This document shows positions 30,316 through 39,257 of a DNA stretch of 64,000 nucleotides, one piece after another (the stretch's first letter is position 1; every line of letters begins with the position of its first letter). This DNA comes from an uncultured Chitinophagaceae bacterium (lineage in GTDB: Bacteria; Bacteroidota; Bacteroidia; Chitinophagales; Chitinophagaceae). The notes under the pieces are model-generated. The model saw only the letters and a program-made list of their open reading frames with translations. It was not told the origin of the DNA and did not search any database. Position numbers and translations under genes: made by a program. The DNA is taken from NCBI GenBank assembly GCA_963708205.1, contig OY970196.1, forward strand, positions 2,388,242 through 2,452,241. Direction: 5' to 3'.

Positions 30316-30877
30316 TGGTATTCTTCATTTTCTTTTCTATTAATATTTTTAAATTTCTTTTTCCATTTTGTATTTGACTTTTTACCTGCATCTGCGAAAA
30401 GCCTGTGATAGCGCTGATTTCAGCGTAAGATTTTTTTTGAAGATAAAATAATGATACAGCATTTCGCTGCTCATCACTCAACTCGTCAAGCGATGATTCC
30501 ATAACGTTCAGCCATATTTCTTTTTCTTTTTTTTCCTGTAATAAAATTGTTTCTTCTTTGAAATTTTCATTAAGCTGTACAATATTTTTTTCATGCTTAT
30601 TGCGCAATTGCATCAAACAATAATTTCGCGCAACCATGTAAAGCCAGCTTTTAAAATATGCTACTTTATATTTTTCAAGTTCATTTATTGCCTTTAAAAA
30701 AATTTGTTGCACGCTGTCTTTTGCCAGCTCTTCATTTTTTAAATACTTCATGCAAACGCCAAGCAGCAAAAGTGTGTAACGCTGCAACAAAGCTCCAAGC
30801 CAGGCATTATCAGTAGTTTCATAATATTTTTCAAGCAATTCTTTATCAGAAAAATATTCGATTTTTCTACTGTCCAT
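30308..30877 (-). CDS. ECF-type RNA polymerase sigma-70 family factor
   Basis: Region 2 (QQIFLKA...FKSWLYMVARNYC) and region 4 (SYAEISAITGFSQMQVKSQIQNGKRNLK). Confidence 0.88.
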   Translation of the reverse strand: MDSRKIEYFSDKELLEKYYETTDNAWLGALLQRYTLLLLGVCMKYLKNEELAKDSVQQIFLKAINELEKYKVAYFKSWLYMVARNYCLMQLRNKHEKNIVQLNENFKEETILLQEKKEKEIWLNVMESSLDELSDEQRNAVSLFYLQKKSYAEISAITGFSQMQVKSQIQNGKRNLKILIEKKMKNTNE

Positions 30878-30945
30878 AATTTTTCATAACCTTTTTTTTA
30901 AAGATGCTTTTATAAACTAATTCCATATTTTCATTATCAAATTTA

Positions 30946-31707
30946 TTGATTTTGCAGTACGTTAGTTGCATTGTTGCCTGTTGTCCGCTTCGCAAAGAAG
31001 CATCTCATAAAAGTGAAATGGTAAGCCAGTTGCTCTTTTGTGAAACTGCAGAAATAATCGAATCCGGTAAAGATTTTTTTAAAGTGAAATGTTTGGATGA
31101 TGCTTATGAAGGCTTCGTGCAAAGCAACCAGGTAACTTTTATTGATAATGATTTTGCAATGAGAAAGCCTGTAAATTATTCTGATGAAAACGATCAGGTT
31201 GCTTTAATAAATGGAAGTGAAATGCGCCTTTCGCTTTGCACACCGATGTACGAAAATTGCTTTGTTGGAAAATATAAAATTGAATTTCCAGCTTTAAATA
31301 AAACCAGAATTGATGATAAAAATTTTGATGAGATAGAAATAAAAAGAATTACAAACAAATTTTTAAACACATCTTATTTATGGGGCGGAAGAAGTTCATT
31401 CGGTATGGATTGCAGCGGTTTTACGCAACAGGTTTTTAAAATGTTTGGAAAGAAATTGTTGCGAGATGCTTACCAGCAGGCACTTCAGGGCAAATCTGTA
31501 AATTCGTTAGAAGAAACTATCTGTGGTGATATTGCTTTTTTTGATAATGATGAAGAACGAATTGTTCATACCGGAATTGTTCTCGATCAGAACAAAATTA
31601 TTCATTGCTCAGGCAAAGTCAGAATTGATGAGATTGATGTGAAAGGCATTATAAGCTTAGATGACGGGCAACGCACACATCATTTAAAAATTATAAAACG
31701 GCTTTGA
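30946..31707 (+). CDS. C40 (NlpC/P60) family peptidase with N-terminal SH3-like domain
   Basis: YLWGGRSSFGMDCSGFTQQVF catalytic Cys motif and a downstream HTGIVL His. The conserved N-terminal PLRKEASHKSEMVSQLLF requires the upstream TTG start. Confidence 0.85.
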   Translation: MILQYVSCIVACCPLRKEASHKSEMVSQLLFCETAEIIESGKDFFKVKCLDDAYEGFVQSNQVTFIDNDFAMRKPVNYSDENDQVALINGSEMRLSLCTPMYENCFVGKYKIEFPALNKTRIDDKNFDEIEIKRITNKFLNTSYLWGGRSSFGMDCSGFTQQVFKMFGKKLLRDAYQQALQGKSVNSLEETICGDIAFFDNDEERIVHTGIVLDQNKIIHCSGKVRIDEIDVKGIISLDDGQRTHHLKIIKRL

Positions 31708-31738
31708 AATTCTATCTCTATAAATAAAATTCTTTAAA

Positions 31739-33391
31739 CTATTTATACAACTGTTCGTAATATTCGTGAGCCATTCGGTTGCTGTCAAATTGAAAACGAA
31801 CATCCCGCATTCCATTTTTCATTACCTGCCTCCATGTATCATAGTTTTCATAGTACAAAGGAATAATTTCTTTTTCTAAAATGTCATAAATTTCATCAAG
31901 ATCATAACTGTCTTGTTCATGCACGGTCATGTTTGCATAGTCGGCCATTTTTACCACAAAGCCGTTATGTCCATGATTGATAAATTCAGGTATCCATCCA
32001 TCATCGGTAGAAAAATTTACAGCGCCATTCATTGCTGCAGTCATGCCACTTGTTCCTGAAGCTTCACGCGGTACGCGTGGATTATTAAGCCAAACATCTG
32101 CAGCTTGTTTTAATCTTTTGCTTAATGTCAATTCATACCCGATAACAACGGCCATGTTTTTATATCCTTTGCTTATTTGCACAAGATTGTTGAATTGTGA
32201 TATCGCCGGATAATCAAACGGGTAGGGCTTTCCAGCCCAAATAAATTGTATAGGATATTTTTTATTCGTCATCAATTTATTAAATCTTTCCTTGTCTTCA
32301 GTTAAAAAATCTGCACGTTTATAACCTGCAAATCTTCTTGCCCAAACGACCGTTAAAACATCTTTGTTATACATTTTTCCTGTTTGGTCTGCGACAATTT
32401 CAAAGGCTCTTTTCTTCAAATGTTTCTTTCTATCATCAAAGCTCCATTCATTACCTTCTTCCATAAATTTATACAACTGTTTGTCTGCCCAATACGTCCA
32501 GTTTTGTGCGTTCGTTATAGAAATAATCGGGCAAATATTTTCATATTTACTCCACATCTCTCGCGATACTTTTCCATGCAATTGCGATACACCATTCGCA
32601 AGTCTTGCAAAGCGAAGTGCAGCCAATGAGTGATTGAAACTATTGTCATAATTCCCTGTTATTCTTTTTACTTCATCTACATTCATTCCACAGAAATAAC
32701 TCATTTTTTCACAGAGAAAAATATCATGTTTTTCATTGCCGGCTTCTTCCGGAGTATGCGTTGTAAACACCAAAAGCTCTTTCAATTTTTCAAGACTATT
32801 AAATTTATTCAATAGGTAAAATGCAGCCGATAAACCATGTGCTTCATTCAGATGATAACGCTCCGGTGCGAAGTTTAATTCATCAACAAGTTTAGCACCT
32901 CCAACGCCAAGTAAAATAAATTGCGCAAGTTTAGTGGCAACATTCGCATCATATAATCTGTGAGAAATTGTTTGAGAAACATAATCGTTCTCAGGTAAAT
33001 CTGTTGTCAATAAAAATAATGGCGCACTCTTAAAAGTTTCAGGATTTAAATACATTGCCTTCACCCAAACCGGCGAATCATGTATCATTATTTGAAATTT
33101 AATTCCGGTGTCTTCAAGAAAACTATATATCTTTTCCATCCAGGTTACCTGCAAGGTTTGGTCAGGATTTCTTGCCTGATCATAATAACCGTTTTTCCAC
33201 AAAATGCCTATGCCTATTAGGTTTTGACGAAGCTCATATGCGCTGCGCAAATGAGAACCGGCTAAAAATCCAAGACCGCCGCTGTATATTTTTAAGGGTT
33301 GATGTATTGCAAACTCCATCGAGAAATAAGCCACTCTTTTCGAATATTGCTCTGTCGGTTGATATGGAACTTCGTAATTTCTAAAATTCAT
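31739..33391 (-). CDS. Alpha-glucan phosphorylase (GT35) family homologue, short 550-aa form
   Basis: YFSMEFAIHQPLKIYSGGLG, HLNEAHG and NPRVPREASGTSGMTAAMNGA are phosphorylase family motifs. The expected PLP lysine position reads Thr (see findings). Confidence 0.8.
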   Translation of the reverse strand: MNFRNYEVPYQPTEQYSKRVAYFSMEFAIHQPLKIYSGGLGFLAGSHLRSAYELRQNLIGIGILWKNGYYDQARNPDQTLQVTWMEKIYSFLEDTGIKFQIMIHDSPVWVKAMYLNPETFKSAPLFLLTTDLPENDYVSQTISHRLYDANVATKLAQFILLGVGGAKLVDELNFAPERYHLNEAHGLSAAFYLLNKFNSLEKLKELLVFTTHTPEEAGNEKHDIFLCEKMSYFCGMNVDEVKRITGNYDNSFNHSLAALRFARLANGVSQLHGKVSREMWSKYENICPIISITNAQNWTYWADKQLYKFMEEGNEWSFDDRKKHLKKRAFEIVADQTGKMYNKDVLTVVWARRFAGYKRADFLTEDKERFNKLMTNKKYPIQFIWAGKPYPFDYPAISQFNNLVQISKGYKNMAVVIGYELTLSKRLKQAADVWLNNPRVPREASGTSGMTAAMNGAVNFSTDDGWIPEFINHGHNGFVVKMADYANMTVHEQDSYDLDEIYDILEKEIIPLYYENYDTWRQVMKNGMRDVRFQFDSNRMAHEYYEQLYK

Positions 33392-33548
33392 AATTAGCTT
33401 TGTTTTTTTGAATAAAAAGCGTGCGAATATAATTTGAAAAATCGAGATGTATTTTTTACACGGAATGTTTTAGGAAGAAAAAAGAAATTATAAACGAATT
33501 TTAATTTAATGAGAAATGTTAGTTGGTTTAAAAATTTTTATGTAATGT

Positions 33549-34517
33549 TCAATCAGTCTGTTGTGTTTTTTTAGTTTTTTTTAGTGAGCTGACTTTGCCA
33601 TAAGTATCATCGAAATAACATTTTATTCCGCGATGATTTCCGCAACTCCCTTCTTCTTTTATATACACACTTTTGCTTTCAAAACTAAAATCAATAACAC
33701 ATGGATCATCCGGTTGCTGGTAAATTGTTTTGTCTGTTGCAACAGTTTTCATCTCACCTTTTAATTCTCCATCACATTGACCGCCATCTTTTTCAAAGTG
33801 AACAAAGAAAATATAATCACCGCTATTTTTTCCATCACGAATTGAAATAAAATTTTTTTTATCCTGCGCATAATCTCCCGAGAATTTATTTTTTCTTGGC
33901 AAAGTATCTATCGGATTTACAATGTCATCAGCTTTATCCGCATCTTCATTAGAGTCATTCACAACTAAAATAAATCCATTTGCATCTTTATTAAATGCGT
34001 AACCATTCTTTGTATAATAATAATGATTGTCTGTAGTTTTTTCGCGGCTTAATAAAAAAGTAGGTTCGTTTGTAATGCTTACAGAATGCTTGTATCCGTC
34101 ATTTTTTTTGTTATTAAATAATTCAAGCGCAGCAATAAATCTATATTTTTTATCAAACAAAAAAGTTACTAAAGTTGTTTTTTTATTGTGATTGAAATTG
34201 ATGAGTAAATAAATTTCATTTTGCTTTTCTATTTTGCCAATCGGTTTTATTTCATAATAATTATCATTGTTTTCTCCAATCAATTTTGCAAGAATAGTGT
34301 CAGGAACAAATTGCGTTAGCACGCTGTAAGACAAAACAGTCGTGTCTTCAATGCTGTGATTATTGCTGTCTGCTACAACAAAAGGGGTATTTAATTTTAT
34401 AAATGAATTAAAAAAATCTTTTGCATTTACAGGTGTGTCGCCCGATAATGAAGGTTTATTTTCACCGCAGCTAATAAAAAAAATCATAAATAAAACTCCA
34501 TAAACCACGCGTAACAT
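33549..34517 (-). CDS. Hypothetical lipoprotein (322 aa)
   Basis: Signal/lipobox LFMIFFISCG. No recognised family. Confidence 0.5.
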   Translation of the reverse strand: MLRVVYGVLFMIFFISCGENKPSLSGDTPVNAKDFFNSFIKLNTPFVVADSNNHSIEDTTVLSYSVLTQFVPDTILAKLIGENNDNYYEIKPIGKIEKQNEIYLLINFNHNKKTTLVTFLFDKKYRFIAALELFNNKKNDGYKHSVSITNEPTFLLSREKTTDNHYYYTKNGYAFNKDANGFILVVNDSNEDADKADDIVNPIDTLPRKNKFSGDYAQDKKNFISIRDGKNSGDYIFFVHFEKDGGQCDGELKGEMKTVATDKTIYQQPDDPCVIDFSFESKSVYIKEEGSCGNHRGIKCYFDDTYGKVSSLKKTKKTQQTD

Positions 34518-34604
34518 ACTTGAAGTATTTTTGATAAATTTTAAAAAAAGTATTTGCGCAAATGTAAAGGAATATATTTCCGGTAAACTTTTTTTAAGCC
34601 ACTA

Positions 34605-36482
34605 ATGATCGAACATAATCATACAGAAAATTCTTTAAGTGATGTGCATGAAAGTGTGGACGCAACGCATACAAGTAAAGGCTGGCGCAGGTTTTTAGCC
34701 TTTGCAGGACCTGCATATTTAATAAGTGTTGGCTATATGGACCCCGGTAATTGGGCAACTGATCTGCAAGGTGGTTCGCAATTTGGTTATGCATTAATCT
34801 GGGTTTTGCTGATGAGCAATTTGATGGCGCTTCTGTTGCAGAATTTAAGCGCAAGACTTGGCATTGTAAGAAGACGTGATCTTGCTCAAGCCAACCGCGA
34901 AGAGTATCCAAGAGCAGTAAATATTTGTCTGTATGTAATTGCAGAAATTGCTATTGCTGCCTGCGATCTTGCAGAAGTGCTCGGGCTTGCCATCGGTATT
35001 TTTTTGTTAACAGGATTGCCTGTTGTGTATGGTGTAATACTTTCTGTGTTTGATACATTTTTGTTATTTTATTTACAGAAATTAGGCATTCGTAAAATGG
35101 AGGCCTTTATTGTTTCACTTGTTGCGATTATTGGATTGTCTTTTTTTGTAGAAATTTTTTTTGCACATCCTCAATTTAGTGAGGTGATGGTTGGCTTTAT
35201 TCCTTCAAAGCTCAATCATGATGCACTGTATATTGCAATCGGAATCATTGGTGCTACAGTAATGCCGCATAATTTGTATTTACATTCTGCATTGGTGCAA
35301 ACGAGAAAAATAAAACCCGGAGCGAAAGGGATAAAACAGGCATTGCGTTTTAATTTAATTGATACAGGCATCGCACTCAATGGTGCATTTATTGTTAATA
35401 CAGCTATATTAGTTTTAGCAGGAACGATTTTTTTTAAATCAGGAGAAATTAATATTGCTAAAATTGAAGATGCCTATAAATTATTACAGCCAATGCTTGG
35501 CAATAAACTCGCGCCGGTTTTATTTGCTGTTGCATTAATAGCAGCAGGCCAAAGCTCAACAGTGACGGGCACTTTAGCGGGGCAAATTGTTATGGAAGGT
35601 TATTTGAGTCTGCGCATAAATCCTTTGCTGCGAAGATTAATTACAAGACTACTTGCTATAATTCCTGCAGCGTTAACGGTCATAATTTTTGGCAGTCAAA
35701 AGCTTGATTCGTTGCTCGTATTCAGCCAGGTTATTTTGAGTTTGCAATTAGGCTTTGCAGTAATTCCGCTTATACATTTTGTGAGTGATAAAGAAACAAT
35801 GGGTGAATTTGTAATAAAAGTTCACATAAAAATTTTAGCGTGGATTGTCGCAGCAATACTTATTTATTTAAATGTGCAATTACTCGCACAATCAATAATG
35901 AGTTATTGGAATAATGCAGCATTAGTTGTGAAGGTTACCATCATAATTTTTGCAATAATTTTTGTTTGGCTTTTTTTAATGATGACGTTTTTGCCCATCC
36001 TTAAAAAACGGAAAGAAAAAGCAAACATCAGGTTGCATAGTGAAGAAAGATTGCTTCAAAATTTATCAGTTCCTGAAACACAAATTATTGCAGTGTCACT
36101 TGACTTTTCAACTAATGATGAAAAAATAATTGCTTATGCATTAAGCCAGGGAAAACCAGATACAGCTTATGTTTTATTACATGTTGTAGAGACTGTTTCT
36201 GCAAAATATTCCGGTGCTTCAGCAGATGATTATGAAACGGAAAAAGATAAGCAGCGTCTTGAGTTATATGCTTCGCAATTGAGAAATTTACATTACAAAG
36301 TTTCGATCTCGCTTGGTTATAAAAATCGTATCAGTGAGATTGTGCGAATAGTAAAAGAATCAAAAGCAGATCTGCTTGTACTCGGGGCGCATCATCACAA
36401 AGGCATTAAAGATTTTTTCTTTGGTGAAACTGTTGAGCAGGTTCGTCACAAACTTTCAATCCCTGTCTTGCTGGTGAATTAA
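34605..36482 (+). CDS. mntH: Nramp-family divalent metal (Mn2+/Fe2+) transporter fused to a C-terminal universal stress protein domain
   Basis: GYMDPGNWATDL and MPHNLYLHS are Nramp motifs. The C-terminal ~130 aa (from 36084) reads IIAVSLDFS...LLHVVE...ADLLVLGAHHHKGIKDFFFGETVEQV, a USP fold pattern. Confidence 0.88.
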   Translation: MIEHNHTENSLSDVHESVDATHTSKGWRRFLAFAGPAYLISVGYMDPGNWATDLQGGSQFGYALIWVLLMSNLMALLLQNLSARLGIVRRRDLAQANREEYPRAVNICLYVIAEIAIAACDLAEVLGLAIGIFLLTGLPVVYGVILSVFDTFLLFYLQKLGIRKMEAFIVSLVAIIGLSFFVEIFFAHPQFSEVMVGFIPSKLNHDALYIAIGIIGATVMPHNLYLHSALVQTRKIKPGAKGIKQALRFNLIDTGIALNGAFIVNTAILVLAGTIFFKSGEINIAKIEDAYKLLQPMLGNKLAPVLFAVALIAAGQSSTVTGTLAGQIVMEGYLSLRINPLLRRLITRLLAIIPAALTVIIFGSQKLDSLLVFSQVILSLQLGFAVIPLIHFVSDKETMGEFVIKVHIKILAWIVAAILIYLNVQLLAQSIMSYWNNAALVVKVTIIIFAIIFVWLFLMMTFLPILKKRKEKANIRLHSEERLLQNLSVPETQIIAVSLDFSTNDEKIIAYALSQGKPDTAYVLLHVVETVSAKYSGASADDYETEKDKQRLELYASQLRNLHYKVSISLGYKNRISEIVRIVKESKADLLVLGAHHHKGIKDFFFGETVEQVRHKLSIPVLLVN

Positions 36483-36514
36483 AAACTTGATTACTCTTAG
36501 AATATTATTTAAAA

Positions 36515-37000
36515 ATGGAGAAATTTAGTTTGAGAGAAATTAAGAAAAGTGATAATCAAAAAATTGCTTCGATCATTCGGGAAGTGTTGACTGAATTTAA
36601 AGCGAACAAACCCGGAACCGTTTATTTTGATCCCACAACTGATGATCTTTTTTCTTTGTTCCAAATATCAAATTCAAAATATTTTATTGTTGAAGAAAAT
36701 GCTGAAATTGTTGGCGGAGCAGGAATTTTTCCAACACCAAATTTACCGGATGGGTGCTGTGAGCTTGTAAAACTATATTTGCTGAAATCTGCTCGTGGCA
36801 AAGGTTTCGGAAAATTATTGATAGAGAAATGTTTTGAAGCTGCAAAAGAATTTTCTTTTTCATCAATATATCTTGAGTCCATGCCTGAATTAAATATGGC
36901 TGTTGGCTTGTACGAAAAATGTGGTTTTAAATATTTACAAAAACCATTAGGAAATTCAGGACATTTTGGTTGCGGTATCTGGATGCTGAAAGAGTTGTGA
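36515..37000 (+). CDS. GNAT-family N-acetyltransferase
   Basis: 161 aa. ARGKGFGKLLIEK acetyl-CoA binding motif (R/Q-x-x-G-x-G/A). Confidence 0.85.
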   Translation: MEKFSLREIKKSDNQKIASIIREVLTEFKANKPGTVYFDPTTDDLFSLFQISNSKYFIVEENAEIVGGAGIFPTPNLPDGCCELVKLYLLKSARGKGFGKLLIEKCFEAAKEFSFSSIYLESMPELNMAVGLYEKCGFKYLQKPLGNSGHFGCGIWMLKEL

Positions 37001-37004
37001 TAAT

Positions 37005-37913
37005 TTATTTGGAAAATATTTCTTTCAATACAACTTCTTCATCAACTTTCAACTCATATTCAACTCCAATTTTCAGTGCATAATTTTCTTTCACATGCCC
37101 AACAGGAAAACCAAAACAAACAGGATAATCGTATTCTTTTACTTTGTCAAAAATCAAATCATATACATTTTGTCCAAAAGGAATTGTTGTGTCTTTCATT
37201 TCGGTAAAGCTTCCAACAATCAATGCGCGCAAGCCTTTCAACATTCCTGTACGTTTTAGTTGCATCATCATTCGGTCAATGTTATAAATATATTCGCCAA
37301 CATCTTCGATGAATAAAATTTTATTTTCTGTATTGAATGAAGACGATGAACCAATCAAATGTGCGATGATCGATAAGTTGCCGCCAAGCAATTTTCCTTT
37401 TGCAATTCCTTTTTTATTTAGTGAATTTTTCTCGCAGGAATAAGAAATTTTTTCATCAACTAAATTTAGTTTGATAGAATGAATGAATTCATTTTCACCT
37501 TTATTAAAAGCATCAGCCATCGGCGAATGCAAAGAAGCAATGTTGAAGTTTGTAAAAATATGTGCCTGCAAAATTGTTACATCACTATAACCAATAATCC
37601 ATTTTGGATTTTTGACAAAAGAAGAAAAATCAATCTTGTCTATAATTCTGCTCAAGCCATAACCACCGCGCGAGCAAAGAATCGCTTTAATATTTTCATC
37701 ATCAAGCATTGTTTGCAAATCATTCAAACGTTCCTCATCAGTTCCTGAAAAATAGTTGAATTGACTACCGATTGTTTTACCAACCTTAACTTTAAAACCC
37801 CATTGCTGCAAGGTTTTGATGCATGTTTCAACTTTCTCCAAAAGCATAAAACCTGATGGACAAACAATGCCAATGCAATCGCCCTTTTTTAGATATGGAG
37901 GAATGGAAATCAT
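37005..37913 (-). CDS. LD-carboxypeptidase (peptidase S66)
   Basis: GDCIGIVCPSG, RGGYG and IIGYSDVT (nucleophile Ser) are typical of LdcA/MccF-like enzymes. Confidence 0.85.
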   Translation of the reverse strand: MISIPPYLKKGDCIGIVCPSGFMLLEKVETCIKTLQQWGFKVKVGKTIGSQFNYFSGTDEERLNDLQTMLDDENIKAILCSRGGYGLSRIIDKIDFSSFVKNPKWIIGYSDVTILQAHIFTNFNIASLHSPMADAFNKGENEFIHSIKLNLVDEKISYSCEKNSLNKKGIAKGKLLGGNLSIIAHLIGSSSSFNTENKILFIEDVGEYIYNIDRMMMQLKRTGMLKGLRALIVGSFTEMKDTTIPFGQNVYDLIFDKVKEYDYPVCFGFPVGHVKENYALKIGVEYELKVDEEVVLKEIFSK

Positions 37914-38014
37914 GAAAGCAAGTTAATAAACACTGCGAGCAATTGATGGAATGTTTCAAAGTTTGTATAGCAACGGAGAAAAATATTTATCTTCATCAAA
38001 TATCAAAACTTATT

Positions 38015-39118
38015 ATGCCTATTTACATGGATGTACATATTGTGCCGGGTGTGAAAGCAAAAAATGTTGCGGATGCGCATCAAAAAGATCTGCTCCACCA
38101 GGAAGAATATGGCTGTACGTGCATGACTTATTGGATTGATGAAAAGCGAGAAAATGTTTTTTGTTTGATCGAAGCACCAACTAAAAAAGCCGTTGAAGAG
38201 ATGCATGGCAAAGCGCACGGGCTTATTCCCAATAAAATAATTGAAGTAAAAAGTTCTTTGGTGGAATCTTTTTTAGGACGCATTTATGACCCTGAAAATG
38301 CAGAGATCACAGAAGATGGACTAAAGGTTTTTCATGATCCTTCATTTCGCATTTTGCTTGTCACAAAAACCAACGACATCAATTTGCTGAAGCATCAACT
38401 CGGCGCTGAAAAAGCAAATGAGCTTTTTAATATTTATAATAACATCATCCGTAAAAATATTTCTGAACATTGCGGTCGTGAAGTGGAACATCAGAGTAGT
38501 GATTTTATTATTTCATTTTCATCAGCATCAAAGGCAATAACTTGCGCGTTGAATATTCAGTCAGCAATTAAAGAGGCTGAAACCCTTGATGCGCTTGCAT
38601 TTAAAGCTGGCATCAACTCAGGCGAACCTGTTGAAAAAAGCAATAAACTTTTTGGTGATACGATTCAATTCGCAATGAATCTTTGTTGCATTGCAAAGGA
38701 TAATCAAATTGCAGTTTCATCTTGCGTGAAAGAATTGGTTGCGAAAGATTTTTTTCAAAATAAAAAGAATGAATTTTTATCACTTAATCCGAGTGATGAA
38801 AATTTATTGAAATTAATATTCACCAAGCTTGAAGAAAACTGGCAGGATGCAGATTTCGACATCACGGATTATTGTCACGCAACGGCAATGAGCACATCGC
38901 AATTATACAGGAAAACAATTTCGCTCACAGGATTATCACTCAATATTCTATTAAAAGATTTCAGGCTTGAAAAAGCGAAAGAGCTGATGAAAAAACAACA
39001 TTATAATATTGCACAAATAACATTTGACTCAGGATTCACAAGCGCTTCATACTTCACAAAATGTTTTAAAAAGAAATACGGTTTATTGCCGATGGCTTAT
39101 CTCGATCTTCTGCATTGA
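38015..39118 (+). CDS. Three-domain transcriptional regulator: N-terminal DUF4242-like domain, degenerate class III cyclase-homology-like domain, C-terminal AraC-type HTH
   Basis: N-terminus MPIYMDVHIVPG...FCLIEAPTKKAVEEMHGKAHGLIPNKIIEV is DUF4242-like. The middle GINSGEPV...LFGDTIQFAMNL resembles the cyclase GIHTGE..GD.VN.A.R region but lacks the metal Asp and Asn/Arg residues. The C-terminus AQITFDSGFTSASYFTKCFKKKYG is an AraC HTH. I place the start at ATG 38015. Confidence 0.7.
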   Translation: MPIYMDVHIVPGVKAKNVADAHQKDLLHQEEYGCTCMTYWIDEKRENVFCLIEAPTKKAVEEMHGKAHGLIPNKIIEVKSSLVESFLGRIYDPENAEITEDGLKVFHDPSFRILLVTKTNDINLLKHQLGAEKANELFNIYNNIIRKNISEHCGREVEHQSSDFIISFSSASKAITCALNIQSAIKEAETLDALAFKAGINSGEPVEKSNKLFGDTIQFAMNLCCIAKDNQIAVSSCVKELVAKDFFQNKKNEFLSLNPSDENLLKLIFTKLEENWQDADFDITDYCHATAMSTSQLYRKTISLTGLSLNILLKDFRLEKAKELMKKQHYNIAQITFDSGFTSASYFTKCFKKKYGLLPMAYLDLLH

Positions 39119-39144
39119 TTATTTTTTCTGCGATTTAATTTTAC

Positions 39145-39195
39145 CATTAATTGAACGATTTGAACTATATCGTTTTTCATTTATTGAATGATTTG
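39145..39195 (+). promoter_or_regulatory. Candidate operator: two 18-bp direct repeats 33 bp apart
   Basis: cattaattgaacgatttg (39145-39162) and catttattgaatgatttg (39178-39195) are 16/18 identical. They lie between the AraC-type regulator and the secreted DUF4242 gene, 63 nt upstream of its ATG. Confidence 0.4.
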
Positions 39196-39257
39196 TTATA
39201 GGCTTAAGGCGTTTCATGATAGTAGATTTGATTATTCAAAAACATAAAACTAAAATC

